A DNA stretch of 64,000 nt from Candidatus Woesearchaeota archaeon (GTDB taxonomy: Archaea > Nanobdellota > Nanobdellia > Woesearchaeales > GW2011-AR15). The notes under the pieces are model-generated. The model was not told where the DNA came from and made no database searches. It saw only the letters and a program-made list of their open reading frames with translations. Positions within the stretch are counted from its first letter, which is position 1. Each line of letters begins with the position of its first letter. The DNA lies in NCBI GenBank assembly GCA_016935095.1, contig JAFGRO010000076.1, positions 15,030 through 79,029 on the forward strand, read 5' to 3'. The translations under genes and the position numbers were made by a program. Shown piece after piece: positions 9,096 through 18,945 of this stretch.

Positions 9096-9298
9096 TTTTT
9101 TTTCTGTTTTTTATTGTAACTATATTTGATAATATTCATTGAAATAAAACCAAGTATAATAATTATCCAGAAAACCAGATCATTGATTAATCTTAATCCC
9201 AGCAGAACCATGTTTGTGATCAGAACAATAATAATTATAATTGAGCAGCTCTTTAAAATTATTTTTTTATTCATTCTTAATTTAAAAAATATAAGCAT
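9092..9298 (-). CDS. Possible small two-TM membrane protein
   Basis: 68-aa ORF, strongly hydrophobic. Weak support. Confidence 0.25.
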   Translation of the reverse strand: MLIFFKLRMNKKIILKSCSIIIIIVLITNMVLLGLRLINDLVFWIIIILGFISMNIIKYSYNKKQKKN

Positions 9299-9341
9299 TT
9301 AATAAATATTTTTTTAAAAACATATCTAGTTCTTTAATTTA

Positions 9342-10286
9342 ATGGAAATCGGAAAAGTAAAAATTAAAGATAAATTGGTTCTTGCGCCAATGTCTAAAGT
9401 GACTTCTCTCCCTTTTAGATTACTTTGTAAAAAGTATTCCTGCGGCCTGGTTTTTAGTGAGATGATAAATGCAAATGCCATGGTTAGAAATAACAAGGTG
9501 ACTCTGGGTAAATTAATTACAATAAATCAGGAAAAACCTGTTGCAATGCAGCTTTTTGCACAGAACACAGAAATCTTGGTAAAAGCAGCTGATAAATTAG
9601 ATTGCGACATAGTTGACATTAATCTTGGCTGCCCTGATTATTCTGTTATGCAGCAGGGTGCAGGCTCTGCATTGCTGAAAAGGCCTAAAAAAATATATGA
9701 AATAATATCAGCATTAGTTAAAAAAGTCAAAAAGCCGATTACTGCAAAAATACGCACAGGTCTTGACAGGAATCATATAAATGCATTAGAAGTTGCGAAA
9801 CTAATTGAAAAAGCAGGCGCATCTGCAATTACTGTTCATGGAAGAAACGTTGCACAAAAATATTCAGGAAAAGCAGACTGGGAAATTATCAGAAGAGTGA
9901 AAGAGACAGTCTCTATTCCAGTCATAGCTAATGGCGATGTTTTTGATGAATTATCTGCTGAAAAATGTTTAGAGCAAACAAAAGCAGATTTTTTGATGAT
10001 AGGAAGGGCAGCAATTGGCGAGCCGTATATCTTCAGGAGGATAAATCATTATCTTAAAACAGGCAAATTGCTTCCTAAACAGACATTAAAACAAAAAATT
10101 AATGAATTTTTTGAATATCTTGAACTGGCAGAGAAATATGACTGCCTAAAATATGCTGAAATAAAAACACATGCCCAATGGTTCACTAAATCAATTAAAG
10201 GGGGCTCTGAAATAAGAAAGAAGCTTACTTATGCAGATACAGTTGAGAGAATCACTCAGATTATGAAATCCATAAATTATAAATAA
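9342..10286 (+). CDS. dus: tRNA-dihydrouridine synthase (Dus family, FMN TIM barrel)
   Basis: LAPMSKVTSLPFR ... DINLGCP ... ITAKIRTG ... ITVHGR motifs. Confidence 0.8.
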   Translation: MEIGKVKIKDKLVLAPMSKVTSLPFRLLCKKYSCGLVFSEMINANAMVRNNKVTLGKLITINQEKPVAMQLFAQNTEILVKAADKLDCDIVDINLGCPDYSVMQQGAGSALLKRPKKIYEIISALVKKVKKPITAKIRTGLDRNHINALEVAKLIEKAGASAITVHGRNVAQKYSGKADWEIIRRVKETVSIPVIANGDVFDELSAEKCLEQTKADFLMIGRAAIGEPYIFRRINHYLKTGKLLPKQTLKQKINEFFEYLELAEKYDCLKYAEIKTHAQWFTKSIKGGSEIRKKLTYADTVERITQIMKSINYK

Positions 10287-10323
10287 TTATTTAGTTTATT
10301 TATCAAAAACAAATAAAGGTGGT

Positions 10324-11043
10324 ATGAGAAAAATGAAAATCCCTCTATATCTAAAAGACTGTTATTTAAAAGAGACAGGTGCAATTGTAGAAGATGTGTC
10401 TAAAGACAAATTTATTATCTTGGATAAGAATATTTTTTATCCTAATATGGGGGGTCAGCCATATGATACAGGCACTTTAACAACTGAAGACGGCACAGAA
10501 TATAAGGTTGTTTATGTCGGAATGTTTGGAGGAAAAATCTCTCATGAAGTTGATAAGCCTGGGCTTAGAAAAGGGGATAATGTGCAATGTAAAATTGACT
10601 GGGAAAGGAGATATACTCTGATGAAAATGCATACAGCTGCCCATGTATTATCCAGAGTTATTCATGAAGACACCGGTGCAAATACTTCCGGGAATCAATT
10701 AGGGATAGAAAAATCAAGGATTGATTTTACATTGGAGAATTTTGACAGGGAAAAAATTCCTGGCTGGTTTCAAAAATCAAATGAAATAATTAAAAAAAAC
10801 CTTGGTGTTGAAAAAAGTTTTTTAAATAGAGATGAAGCCTATAAATTACAGGGATTTGCAAGTGTAAGCCCGCATCTTGTTAAAGATTATGATGAATTAA
10901 GAGTTGTTGATATCAAAGGATTTGATGCGCAGCCGTGCGGCGGGACACATCTTGACAATATTTTTGAAATAGGGGGAATTGAGTTTGTAAAAGCAGAAAA
11001 CAAAGGTGCAAAAAACAGGAGAATATATTTTAAATTAAAATGA
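10324..11043 (+). CDS. alaX: AlaX-M-type Ala-tRNA(Ala) trans-editing hydrolase (alanyl-tRNA synthetase editing domain homolog)
   Basis: HTAAHVL ... CGGTHL zinc-binding editing-site motifs. 239 aa. Confidence 0.75.
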   Translation: MRKMKIPLYLKDCYLKETGAIVEDVSKDKFIILDKNIFYPNMGGQPYDTGTLTTEDGTEYKVVYVGMFGGKISHEVDKPGLRKGDNVQCKIDWERRYTLMKMHTAAHVLSRVIHEDTGANTSGNQLGIEKSRIDFTLENFDREKIPGWFQKSNEIIKKNLGVEKSFLNRDEAYKLQGFASVSPHLVKDYDELRVVDIKGFDAQPCGGTHLDNIFEIGGIEFVKAENKGAKNRRIYFKLK

Positions 11044-11165
11044 AATCAGTATTTTGTCCCAGATGCGGCTCACGTAATCTAGTGAGATTAGCAGAAGGGA
11101 ATCTCAAATGCAATGATTGCGGGTATGTTGGAAATTCTACTGGAAAAGAGATTTTTAAAAAGTAA
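11040..11165 (+). CDS. Possible 41-aa zinc-ribbon micro-protein, translationally overlapping the alaX stop
   Basis: Hand translation: MKSVFCPRCGSRNLVRLAEGNLKCNDCGYVGNSTGKEIFKK (CxxC-x14-CxxC). ATG overlaps the TGA of the preceding gene. Confidence 0.35.
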   Translation: MKSVFCPRCGSRNLVRLAEGNLKCNDCGYVGNSTGKEIFKK

Positions 11166-11172
11166 AAAAAAA

Positions 11173-11529
11173 TTAATCCTTAGAAATCATGTATAGTGCT
11201 TTTAATGCGACTATTCCTGCTCCTGGTGCAATAAATACCACTACATTTGTCATGAAAGGTTTTGCTGCAGAGCCAAGTATAGGAATCGGTTCTAAAATTG
11301 CAGTTAAGCTTGATGCAGACACTAAAAATGCTATTGTTGCAATCAGATAGGTCCTTACCTCTTCATCGCTTATGTTCATTAAGCCGACTATTAAGCCAAG
11401 GATTCCAAGAACCCATAACAGGCCTGTATTCGGCGGAATTAATAAGGCTGTTGCTATTGCAATAATCAAACCTAATATAAATGTCCACGGCCCGACTTTA
11501 GTCATTAGCCCTTTCTTTTTTCTAGCCAT
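11173..11529 (-). CDS. Small integral membrane protein (3-4 TM)
   Basis: Hydrophobic 118-aa ORF. Confidence 0.4.
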   Translation of the reverse strand: MARKKKGLMTKVGPWTFILGLIIAIATALLIPPNTGLLWVLGILGLIVGLMNISDEEVRTYLIATIAFLVSASSLTAILEPIPILGSAAKPFMTNVVVFIAPGAGIVALKALYMISKD

Positions 11530-11623
11530 ACCCTCACCCCCAATAAAGTTATAATCTAATTTATTAAATCAAACTTTAAATATTTTGCTATTTTTGAGTA
11601 GATAGGTTAAGAATAAAAAAGAC

Positions 11624-11792
11624 TGGGGACAGAGGGATTTGAACCCTCATCCGGTGGTCACTTCATCAAGCGACTGACCACATTCTAAGTCATTGTCTTT
11701 CGACTCATCGCTCCAACACTGGAGCCACCTATTCTAGCCAAGATGTACCCTTCTTGAATTTGATTTTTTCAAAAGGCTTATACTATGTCCCC
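11624..11792 (-). tRNA. Intron-containing tRNA gene (169 nt; isotype/anticodon not resolved by eye; probably more than one intron, one in the D-loop)
   Basis: Minus-strand ends form a perfect acceptor stem GGGGACA ... TGTCCCC-A. Canonical T-arm GAGGG-TTCAAAT-CCCTC. D-stem GTA/TAC flanks a ~23-nt hairpin insert (TTTTGAA...TTCAAGA). About 95 nt of extra sequence sits between the arms. Confidence 0.5.
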
Positions 11793-11955
11793 GTCTTTAT
11801 TCTATGGATTAGAGGATTATATATAAAAGTTTTGGGAAATTTATTATCTTAGAAAATATATATTTTACATAATAAACATTTATATACCCTTTTACACAAT
11901 ATTAATATTAAGAGGTGTTGTTTTAATCAAAAACATAACCAAGCACGATCAATAT

Positions 11956-12216
11956 ATGGTTGAATTGTGTAAAAGCATAGAAGACTATTATGATACTATT
12001 TCTACGAATGTAAAGCTCTACAGGAAAAAAAGAACAGTCGGAGAGATAGATGTTCTTGCAAAAAAAGGCAAGTTCTTTGACATATTTGAGGTTAAGTGTT
12101 CTCATAGAATAACAAAAGCAAGAAAACAAAAGAAAAAGTTTCTCAGGCACGCGCATATTAATATCAGAAATATTTGGTTTTATTGCGGGGCAACTGCTGA
12201 GATGGTGCTGTTGTAG
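11956..12216 (+). CDS. YraN/UPF0102-like PD-(D/E)xK nuclease-fold protein
   Basis: ...YRKKRTVGEIDVLAKKGKFFDIFEVKCSHR matches the GEIDlIa...vFVEVKtR core of the UPF0102 family. Codon usage is atypical. Confidence 0.4.
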   Translation: MVELCKSIEDYYDTISTNVKLYRKKRTVGEIDVLAKKGKFFDIFEVKCSHRITKARKQKKKFLRHAHINIRNIWFYCGATAEMVLL

Positions 12217-12236
12217 AAATGTTTTTATAGTTAGAT

Positions 12237-12758
12237 TTGTATGCTCATAATATGTTTGATATCGACTTATTTATTATTTTAATTGAATTTTTTGCCGCAA
12301 TTGTCCCTTTAATAGCTGAATTAGTAATTCTTCCAACAAATATAAAACAGTATCAAGGAATGGACAAACAAGCATATGAATCTAGATTTAGAATTTGTTA
12401 TCAAATGGTTTTCTTCAATTTACTCATTCTTTCATTTTTACTAAAATTTATCAATAAAATTAGTCCAATCTTATTTGAACATGCATTAGGTAATTTATTG
12501 GTTTTATCCTATTTTATTTTTACTTTATCTTATATTTTGACTAAATATAAATTTGATAAAAATCTAAAAATTGGCATGTTTTATTTTGATAGTAAATTTG
12601 GAGGAAAAAGTTATTTTTTATTATTAACTTCTCCAATGTTACTTTTTTTTATTGGGCTGGTAGATTTGGCTATTGATAGAGAAATTGCCTTTGTGTTTTC
12701 GTTCTCCACACTTGCAATGATGTTTTTATTTAATTATCTTCAGAAAAGAAAACTGTAA
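12237..12758 (+). CDS. Hypothetical multi-pass membrane protein (atypical A/T-ending codon usage)
   Basis: 173 aa, 4-5 predicted TM helices. Confidence 0.4.
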   Translation: MYAHNMFDIDLFIILIEFFAAIVPLIAELVILPTNIKQYQGMDKQAYESRFRICYQMVFFNLLILSFLLKFINKISPILFEHALGNLLVLSYFIFTLSYILTKYKFDKNLKIGMFYFDSKFGGKSYFLLLTSPMLLFFIGLVDLAIDREIAFVFSFSTLAMMFLFNYLQKRKL

Positions 12759-12765
12759 TTATAGT

Positions 12766-14595
12766 CTATCCAACCAATTTCCTCACAATCTCAACAATCT
12801 TCTTCCCAGGAGCTTTTCCTCTTAATTCTTTCATTACAATTCCAATCATTGCATTTAATGGAGCTCCTTTATTAGAATCAATGATTTTATTAATCTCTTT
12901 TTCAAGCTCTTTTTCATCCATAACTTTGTATTTAGAATAATCTACTTTGTTTCCTTTTGCCAATTCAACAAGAATCTCAAGAACAGCGTCTTTGCTTATC
13001 TCTTTATTATTCAGTTTTTCAAAGACTTCATCCACATAATCCAGGATATCAATTTCAAGGTTATATCTTTTCTTTATTTCTTTTGGTATTTCAATAATTG
13101 AGCTTGCTATTATCTTTGAGTCAATGTTTTTGTATTTTTTAACAAATACATTGATATCAATTCCTTTTTTCATTAATTCCTTTACAATATGTTCATCAAC
13201 TTTAAACTCGTTCTTTAACCTGCCAATCTTATCAGTAAGCAATTCAGGAATATCAACTCTTTTTAATAATTCTTTTGTAATAGGAACCATAGGAACATCA
13301 GTCTCAGGATACATCCTGTGTGATCCTGGCAAAGGCCTTGCATAGCTTGATGTTGCATTCTCATGGTTTGGGATGCGTGTTTCTTCAGGTATGCCTTTTA
13401 AGCAATATAGAGCTCTTTCATAAACAGCATCAATTGCTTTTTCTGCTATTTTTTCATTTTCAGCAATAATAAGAATCAAATCATTTTTTTTAGCTTTTAA
13501 TTCTTTTTTTAAGTTATCAAATTCTTTTTCTAATTGGTATTTTTTAATATCTTCATCAGTATGTATCATGCCTTTTGTGCCGTATGCTTTTGCATATTCA
13601 GAAAGCTCTCTGCCAAATGTCTTTCCATGACAGACTTCTTTTTTCAACAATCCTGAAAAATTTGGCAATAGAAGAGCATACACTTTACCTTTATTTTTTA
13701 TTATTTTTGAAATAATTTGATTTTTTGTTTTCTTAAATATTCCAGTAATCTCTCTTGAAGTTTTAGAGAATTTTTTTAACCCTCTTTTTTCCAATTCTTT
13801 TTTAATTTCAATTAAATTAAATTGCCTTAAGACTTCATTTTCAATTAGTTTGGTTAAAGTCTTTAAATCCTGCCAGCCTTTTACCTCGATCCTTGCTCCT
13901 CCTTTTATAGAGACATTTACATCCTGCCTTATTGTACCGATGCCTCTTTTCACATTAAAGCTTCTGAGAATTGTTCCGATTTCAAGAGCAGTCTCTTTAG
14001 CATGCTGGGGATTTTTAATAGTAGCGTCTGTCCCTATTTCCAATAAAGGAATCCCTTGCCTTGAAAGAGAATAAGATACATAATTTCCTTGCTTTTTTTC
14101 AATCTTACATGCATCTTCTTCAAGATTTAGCTGAGTAACTTTGACTTTGCTTTTAGGCAGATAGCTCTTATCAGATTCCATTCCAATTAAAATTGTTCTC
14201 TGGAATCCAGAACATGCAGAGCCGTCTGTTACTGTTTTTCTCATAACACATAAAGTATCAGGGACTTTTAGTTTTATCAATTTAGCAAATCCAAGAGCAA
14301 TGTTCATTGCATCTTTATTTACCGGATGAGGTGGCTCAGAATCAGTATCAACAAGACATACTTCATTTTCATATCCATGATAAATAAATTCCCTGTCGCG
14401 AAAATGCTCATATTGAGCTGCTTCATCAACTTCTCCTGTTTCTCCTGCAACAGCCCTTAGTTTTCTTTTTATTTCACAGGTCTGGTTTTTCTCATTTAAA
14501 GAAGAAGAGCACTCGCAGAAGAGTTTTTTAGTTGAAAGTTCCTGATGAATCTCAATTCCACACTTAAATCCTAATTCTTTGTAATTTAATTCCAT
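12766..14595 (-). CDS. gatE: Glutamyl-tRNA(Gln) amidotransferase subunit E (archaeal GatE)
   Basis: N-terminus MELNYKELGFKCGIEIHQELSTKKLFCEC is the archaeal GatE signature. 609 aa. Confidence 0.85.
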   Translation of the reverse strand: MELNYKELGFKCGIEIHQELSTKKLFCECSSSLNEKNQTCEIKRKLRAVAGETGEVDEAAQYEHFRDREFIYHGYENEVCLVDTDSEPPHPVNKDAMNIALGFAKLIKLKVPDTLCVMRKTVTDGSACSGFQRTILIGMESDKSYLPKSKVKVTQLNLEEDACKIEKKQGNYVSYSLSRQGIPLLEIGTDATIKNPQHAKETALEIGTILRSFNVKRGIGTIRQDVNVSIKGGARIEVKGWQDLKTLTKLIENEVLRQFNLIEIKKELEKRGLKKFSKTSREITGIFKKTKNQIISKIIKNKGKVYALLLPNFSGLLKKEVCHGKTFGRELSEYAKAYGTKGMIHTDEDIKKYQLEKEFDNLKKELKAKKNDLILIIAENEKIAEKAIDAVYERALYCLKGIPEETRIPNHENATSSYARPLPGSHRMYPETDVPMVPITKELLKRVDIPELLTDKIGRLKNEFKVDEHIVKELMKKGIDINVFVKKYKNIDSKIIASSIIEIPKEIKKRYNLEIDILDYVDEVFEKLNNKEISKDAVLEILVELAKGNKVDYSKYKVMDEKELEKEINKIIDSNKGAPLNAMIGIVMKELRGKAPGKKIVEIVRKLVG

Positions 14596-14728
14596 TTTTT
14601 ATTTAATTGGAAAGATATATTAATTTAAAAGTTTTCTATTTAAGAATGCAATCCTTGATAATCTGGGTTGAAAATTTTTCAAAAATCCAAATAAATAAAT
14701 ACAAGAAACAAATTCTTTAATAATATGG

Positions 14729-15376
14729 GTGATTCAAATGAAAATTTTTTTAGATACAGCTGAACTAGACGAAATAAAAAAATACATTGAGTTAATTGAC
14801 GGTGTTACAACAAATCCTACTTTAGTGATGAAGTCAGAGAGAAACTTTGAGCAGGTCTGTAAAGATATTATTAAAAAAGTTAAAGGACCGGTGAGCGTTG
14901 AAACTGTAAGCGAATCAGAAGAGATGATGATAAAAGAAGCAATAGAATTTGCAAAATGGGGAAAAAATGTTGTGGTAAAAATCCCGATGACACATGAGGG
15001 GCTCAAAGCAGTAAAGGAGCTTTCAAAAAAAGGAGTAAAGACAAACGTGACTCTTGTTTTTTCAGCAAATCAGGCCTTATTAGCTGCAAAAGCAGGTGCA
15101 ACCTACGTAAGCCCTTTTGTCGGAAGATTGGATGATCAGGGCATGGATGGAATGCAATTGGTTGCAGAAATCCTTGATATTTTTGAAAATTATGAATTCC
15201 CTACAGAAGTTATTGTTGCCTCTGTCAGAAGCCCGGAGCATGTGAAAGCAGCAGCATTGCTTGGAGCACATATAGCTACTGTACCTCCTCAAATAATGGA
15301 AAAACTCTTTAAACATTCCAGGACAGACGAGGGAATGAGGAAATTTATGGAAGACTGGGAGAAAGTAAGTAAGTAA
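14729..15376 (+). CDS. tal: Transaldolase / fructose-6-phosphate aldolase (Tal/Fsa/MipB family)
   Basis: [15 protein letters not shown]...GVTTNPTL...VKIPMT motifs. The true start is probably the internal MKIF at 14738. Confidence 0.8.
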   Translation: MIQMKIFLDTAELDEIKKYIELIDGVTTNPTLVMKSERNFEQVCKDIIKKVKGPVSVETVSESEEMMIKEAIEFAKWGKNVVVKIPMTHEGLKAVKELSKKGVKTNVTLVFSANQALLAAKAGATYVSPFVGRLDDQGMDGMQLVAEILDIFENYEFPTEVIVASVRSPEHVKAAALLGAHIATVPPQIMEKLFKHSRTDEGMRKFMEDWEKVSK

Positions 15377-15506
15377 TTTATATTAATTTAAAAACAAACC
15401 CGCATTTTTTACATTCTGAATAAAAATAATTTTTACTGTAATTAATCTTAATACTGTTACATCTAGGACAGTGTTCCTCTTTTTTTTCATAGACTTGTGT
15501 TGTCAT

Positions 15507-16838
15507 TTAATGCTTTATAAGGTATTTATCCAGCTCCCATTGATGTACTCTTAGTCTGTATTCGTCCCATTCTGCTTTTTTAGCATGATAATATTTGCCA
15601 AAGGTTGTCTCTCCAAATGTCTGTTTTGCAATCTTGCTCTTTTTCATCTCATATAATGCCTCATTCAATGACCCGGGAAGAGTATCAATATAATATTTTT
15701 TTAATTTATCATCATCAAATTCATATACATCTTCTTCAACGGGTTTTCTTAATTCGAATTTTTGTTTTATACCGTCAACTCCTGCTTTAAGCATTGCTGC
15801 AAATGCTAAATAAGGGTTGCAGCTTGGGTCAGGACATCTTAATTCAGCACGAGCAGACTGGCTGCGGCCTTCAGGGATTCCGGGAATTCTGATTAAAGCG
15901 CTTCTGTTCACGCGCGCCCAGCAAATGTATACAGGTGCTTCATATCCTGGCACAAGTCTTTTGTAGGAATTTACCAAGGGTGATAATATTGCACTTATCC
16001 CTTTTATATTCCTTAATTGGCCTTCAATAAAACTTTTGGCTAATTTGGATAGTTTATATTCATCTTCTGAATCATAAAATAAGTTTTTTCCACTATTTTT
16101 ATCAGCAAGACTTTGATGGCAGTGCATTCCTGAACCATTAATTCCAAAAATAGGCTTTGGCATGAATGTTGCATGCAGGTCGTATTTATTTGCAATGGCC
16201 TTTAATGTGAATTTAAATGTAATTACATTGTCTGCTGCAGTCAATGCATCAGCATACTGGAAATCAATTTCATGCTGGCCGGGAGCAACTTCATGATGAC
16301 CCATTTCAACTTTTATTCCGAATTTTTCCAGGGCATTTGCCATCTCAGCCCGAATTTCAAATGCCTTGTCCATTGAAAGGTCAAAATAGCCTCCGACATC
16401 ATGTGTCAGTGTTTTGATCCCGTTGTCTTTTTTAAATAAAAAGAATTCGGGTTCTGCCCCCACATTAAAAATAAATCCTAAGTCAGAAGCCTCTTTAATT
16501 ACCTTTTTTAATATATATCTTGGGTCGCCTTCAAAAGGCTCATTATTAGACCTGTAAACATCACATATAAATCTTGCTGTCTTGATTTCTTCTGAAGAAA
16601 ACCAGGGAATTACAGCATAGGTGTTTATATCCGGTTTTAAATACATATCTGATTCATGTATTCTCATGTAACCTTCGACAGAGGAGCCGTCAAACCAACT
16701 TCCCCTTTTCAATACCTTTTCAAGCTCTTTTACAGGTATAGTGACAGACTTTACCATCCCCATAAAATCTGAAAACTGCAGATTTATGAATCTCACACCC
16801 TCTTTTTTAACTTGCTCTAATAACTGTTCTTCTTTCAT
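15507..16838 (-). CDS. glnA: Glutamine synthetase type I
   Basis: 443 aa. GS beta-grasp and catalytic motifs (KPDINTYAV.PWF ... GMHCHQS ... NRSALIRIP). Confidence 0.9.
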   Translation of the reverse strand: MKEEQLLEQVKKEGVRFINLQFSDFMGMVKSVTIPVKELEKVLKRGSWFDGSSVEGYMRIHESDMYLKPDINTYAVIPWFSSEEIKTARFICDVYRSNNEPFEGDPRYILKKVIKEASDLGFIFNVGAEPEFFLFKKDNGIKTLTHDVGGYFDLSMDKAFEIRAEMANALEKFGIKVEMGHHEVAPGQHEIDFQYADALTAADNVITFKFTLKAIANKYDLHATFMPKPIFGINGSGMHCHQSLADKNSGKNLFYDSEDEYKLSKLAKSFIEGQLRNIKGISAILSPLVNSYKRLVPGYEAPVYICWARVNRSALIRIPGIPEGRSQSARAELRCPDPSCNPYLAFAAMLKAGVDGIKQKFELRKPVEEDVYEFDDDKLKKYYIDTLPGSLNEALYEMKKSKIAKQTFGETTFGKYYHAKKAEWDEYRLRVHQWELDKYLIKH

Positions 16839-16990
16839 TTTAATCCACTCCCCTTAATTATATTTACTAAGTTTTTTTATTAATATTTAAGATTTAAGTT
16901 TTTTTATTTAAAATTCGTTTAATTAATTAATAAAAAAATTAACAAATGTTTAATAAAAGCAGAAAAAGATTCAGTTTATTAAATGAATGT

Positions 16991-17437
16991 TCACTCTACA
17001 GAATCGTGCTTTTCTTTTATAATATTGAGGATCAGACTTGTGTGTGTCCTTTCAATAAAGTCAAAGGTTTGTATCTTTTTAAGGAACCGGTCTAATAAAG
17101 TACGTGTTTTAAATGCAGCAATTATAATGGCATCAAAATCTCCTGTAACATCATAAATAGCATACACATTAGGGTGTTTTGCAATCTTTTTTTCAACTTC
17201 AAATAATTTGCCTTTGGAAATTCTCAATTGGATCATTGCTTTAAATTCATATCCAAGCTTGTAAAAGCTGATGTCTGCAGTATAGCCTCTAATTACTTTA
17301 TTTTTTTCCAGTTCCTTAATATGCTGCATCACTGTTGCAGGTGAAACCTTCAGAATCTTTGCTATTTGCCTGTAAGATAATCTGGAATTTTTCAAAAGGA
17401 TGTTTAGTATTTTTTTGTCGAGTCTGGATATCTTCAT
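16991..17437 (-). CDS. lrp: Lrp/AsnC family transcriptional regulator
   Basis: N-terminal HTH (LDKKILNILLKNSRLSYRQIAKILKVSPATVMQHIKELE) and C-terminal RAM domain. Directly upstream of glnA on the same strand. Confidence 0.8.
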   Translation of the reverse strand: MKISRLDKKILNILLKNSRLSYRQIAKILKVSPATVMQHIKELEKNKVIRGYTADISFYKLGYEFKAMIQLRISKGKLFEVEKKIAKHPNVYAIYDVTGDFDAIIIAAFKTRTLLDRFLKKIQTFDFIERTHTSLILNIIKEKHDSVE

Positions 17438-17475
17438 ACTATTTTTTATGAAAAGCAGTCATTTATTTATTCTTT

Positions 17476-18864
17476 TTGGAAAAAACAGTAATGATAACCT
17501 TTAAATTAAAATTATTATTTCTCAATTCTGAAATGAAAAAAAATAAATTTATATCAATCTCAGAAGCTATGAATCAGGGTTCAGGAGAAGTCTCTATAAG
17601 GGGCTGGGTCTATCGTGAGAGAAAATCAAACAAATTTGCATTTATTGTTGTGAGGGACTCATCTGATATTATCCAGTGTGTTTTTTCCAAAGCAGACCTT
17701 CCTGAAAAAGTGTGGGAAGATGCAAAAATGCTTTCAATTGAATCTTCTTTAAAACTAACTGGAGATATAAAAAAAGAGCCGAGAGCTCCTTCTGGATATG
17801 AACTTCTTGTTAAAGACTTAGAAGTTGTGCAGTTTGCAGAGCCCTTTCCGATAACAAAAGACTTTTCACCGGAATTTTTATTGGACAAGAGGCATCTGTG
17901 GATAAGATCAAGAAAATTGACTTCTGTATTTAAAATCAAACATACAGTTATTGGAGCTATTCATAAATTCTTTCGAGATAAGGGTTATTATGAATTTCCT
18001 CCTCCGATATTTCAGCCAATGATGTGTGAGGGTGGTTCAACATTATTTCAAGTGAAATATTTTAATGATATTACTTATTTAAGCCAAAGCTGGCAACTTT
18101 ATGCAGAAGCAATGATATTTGCACTTGAGAAAGTATATGATGTATCTCCAACATTTAGAGCTGAAAAATCAAAGACGTCTAGGCATCTCTCGGAATTTTG
18201 GATGGCAGAGATGGAGGCAGCTTGGATGGATCTTGATGAGGTAGTGCAGGCAGGGAAAGATGAGGTTAAATTCATTGTACAGGAAGTCATTAAAAATAAT
18301 AAAAATGAACTTGAGATATTAAAGAGAGACATATCACAATTAAGACCTGCGGCAGAAAAAGAATATCCCACAATTACTTATACAAAAGCACTGAAAATAC
18401 TTGAGGAAAAAGAGAATATGAAAGTACATTGGGGAAAAGATTTAAGAACAATTGAAGAGGAAAGGTTAATGGAGCATTTTGATACACCTGTTGCAATTAT
18501 CGAATATCCAAAAGAGGTTATGGCATTTTATAAAATGGAAAAAAAGCTAAGGCCGGGTATAAAAAAAACAGATGCTCCTGGCCCTGTGGCACTTTGTTTT
18601 GATATGCTTGCACCCTCTGGTTATGGAGAAATAATTGGCGGTTCACAAAGAGATACTGATATTAATGAACTCATAAAATATTTAAAAAAAGAAAATGAAG
18701 ATCCTAAAAAATATGATTGGTATCTTGATTTAAGAAGATACGGCTCAGTGCCTCATTCTGGTTATGGTCTTGGTGTTGAAAGAATTGTTGCATGGATCTG
18801 CGGCTTAGACAACATAAAAGATGCTATTGCCTTCCCTAGGACTATGTTAAGAAAGAGCCCATAA
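17476..18864 (+). CDS. asnS: Class IIb aminoacyl-tRNA synthetase, most likely asparaginyl-tRNA synthetase (Asn/Asp-RS family)
   Basis: N-terminal OB fold plus class II motifs (QLYAEAMI ... FRAE.S.TSRHLSEFWM.E.E ... GLGVERIV). The true start is probably the internal MKKNKF. Confidence 0.7.
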   Translation: MEKTVMITFKLKLLFLNSEMKKNKFISISEAMNQGSGEVSIRGWVYRERKSNKFAFIVVRDSSDIIQCVFSKADLPEKVWEDAKMLSIESSLKLTGDIKKEPRAPSGYELLVKDLEVVQFAEPFPITKDFSPEFLLDKRHLWIRSRKLTSVFKIKHTVIGAIHKFFRDKGYYEFPPPIFQPMMCEGGSTLFQVKYFNDITYLSQSWQLYAEAMIFALEKVYDVSPTFRAEKSKTSRHLSEFWMAEMEAAWMDLDEVVQAGKDEVKFIVQEVIKNNKNELEILKRDISQLRPAAEKEYPTITYTKALKILEEKENMKVHWGKDLRTIEEERLMEHFDTPVAIIEYPKEVMAFYKMEKKLRPGIKKTDAPGPVALCFDMLAPSGYGEIIGGSQRDTDINELIKYLKKENEDPKKYDWYLDLRRYGSVPHSGYGLGVERIVAWICGLDNIKDAIAFPRTMLRKSP

Positions 18865-18945
18865 CTATTCTGGAATGATAATCTTTAAAAATAAATCCCT
18901 TTTTCCTTTCCTAGGTTTATAATAATTAAGTAGGGAATAATAAAG

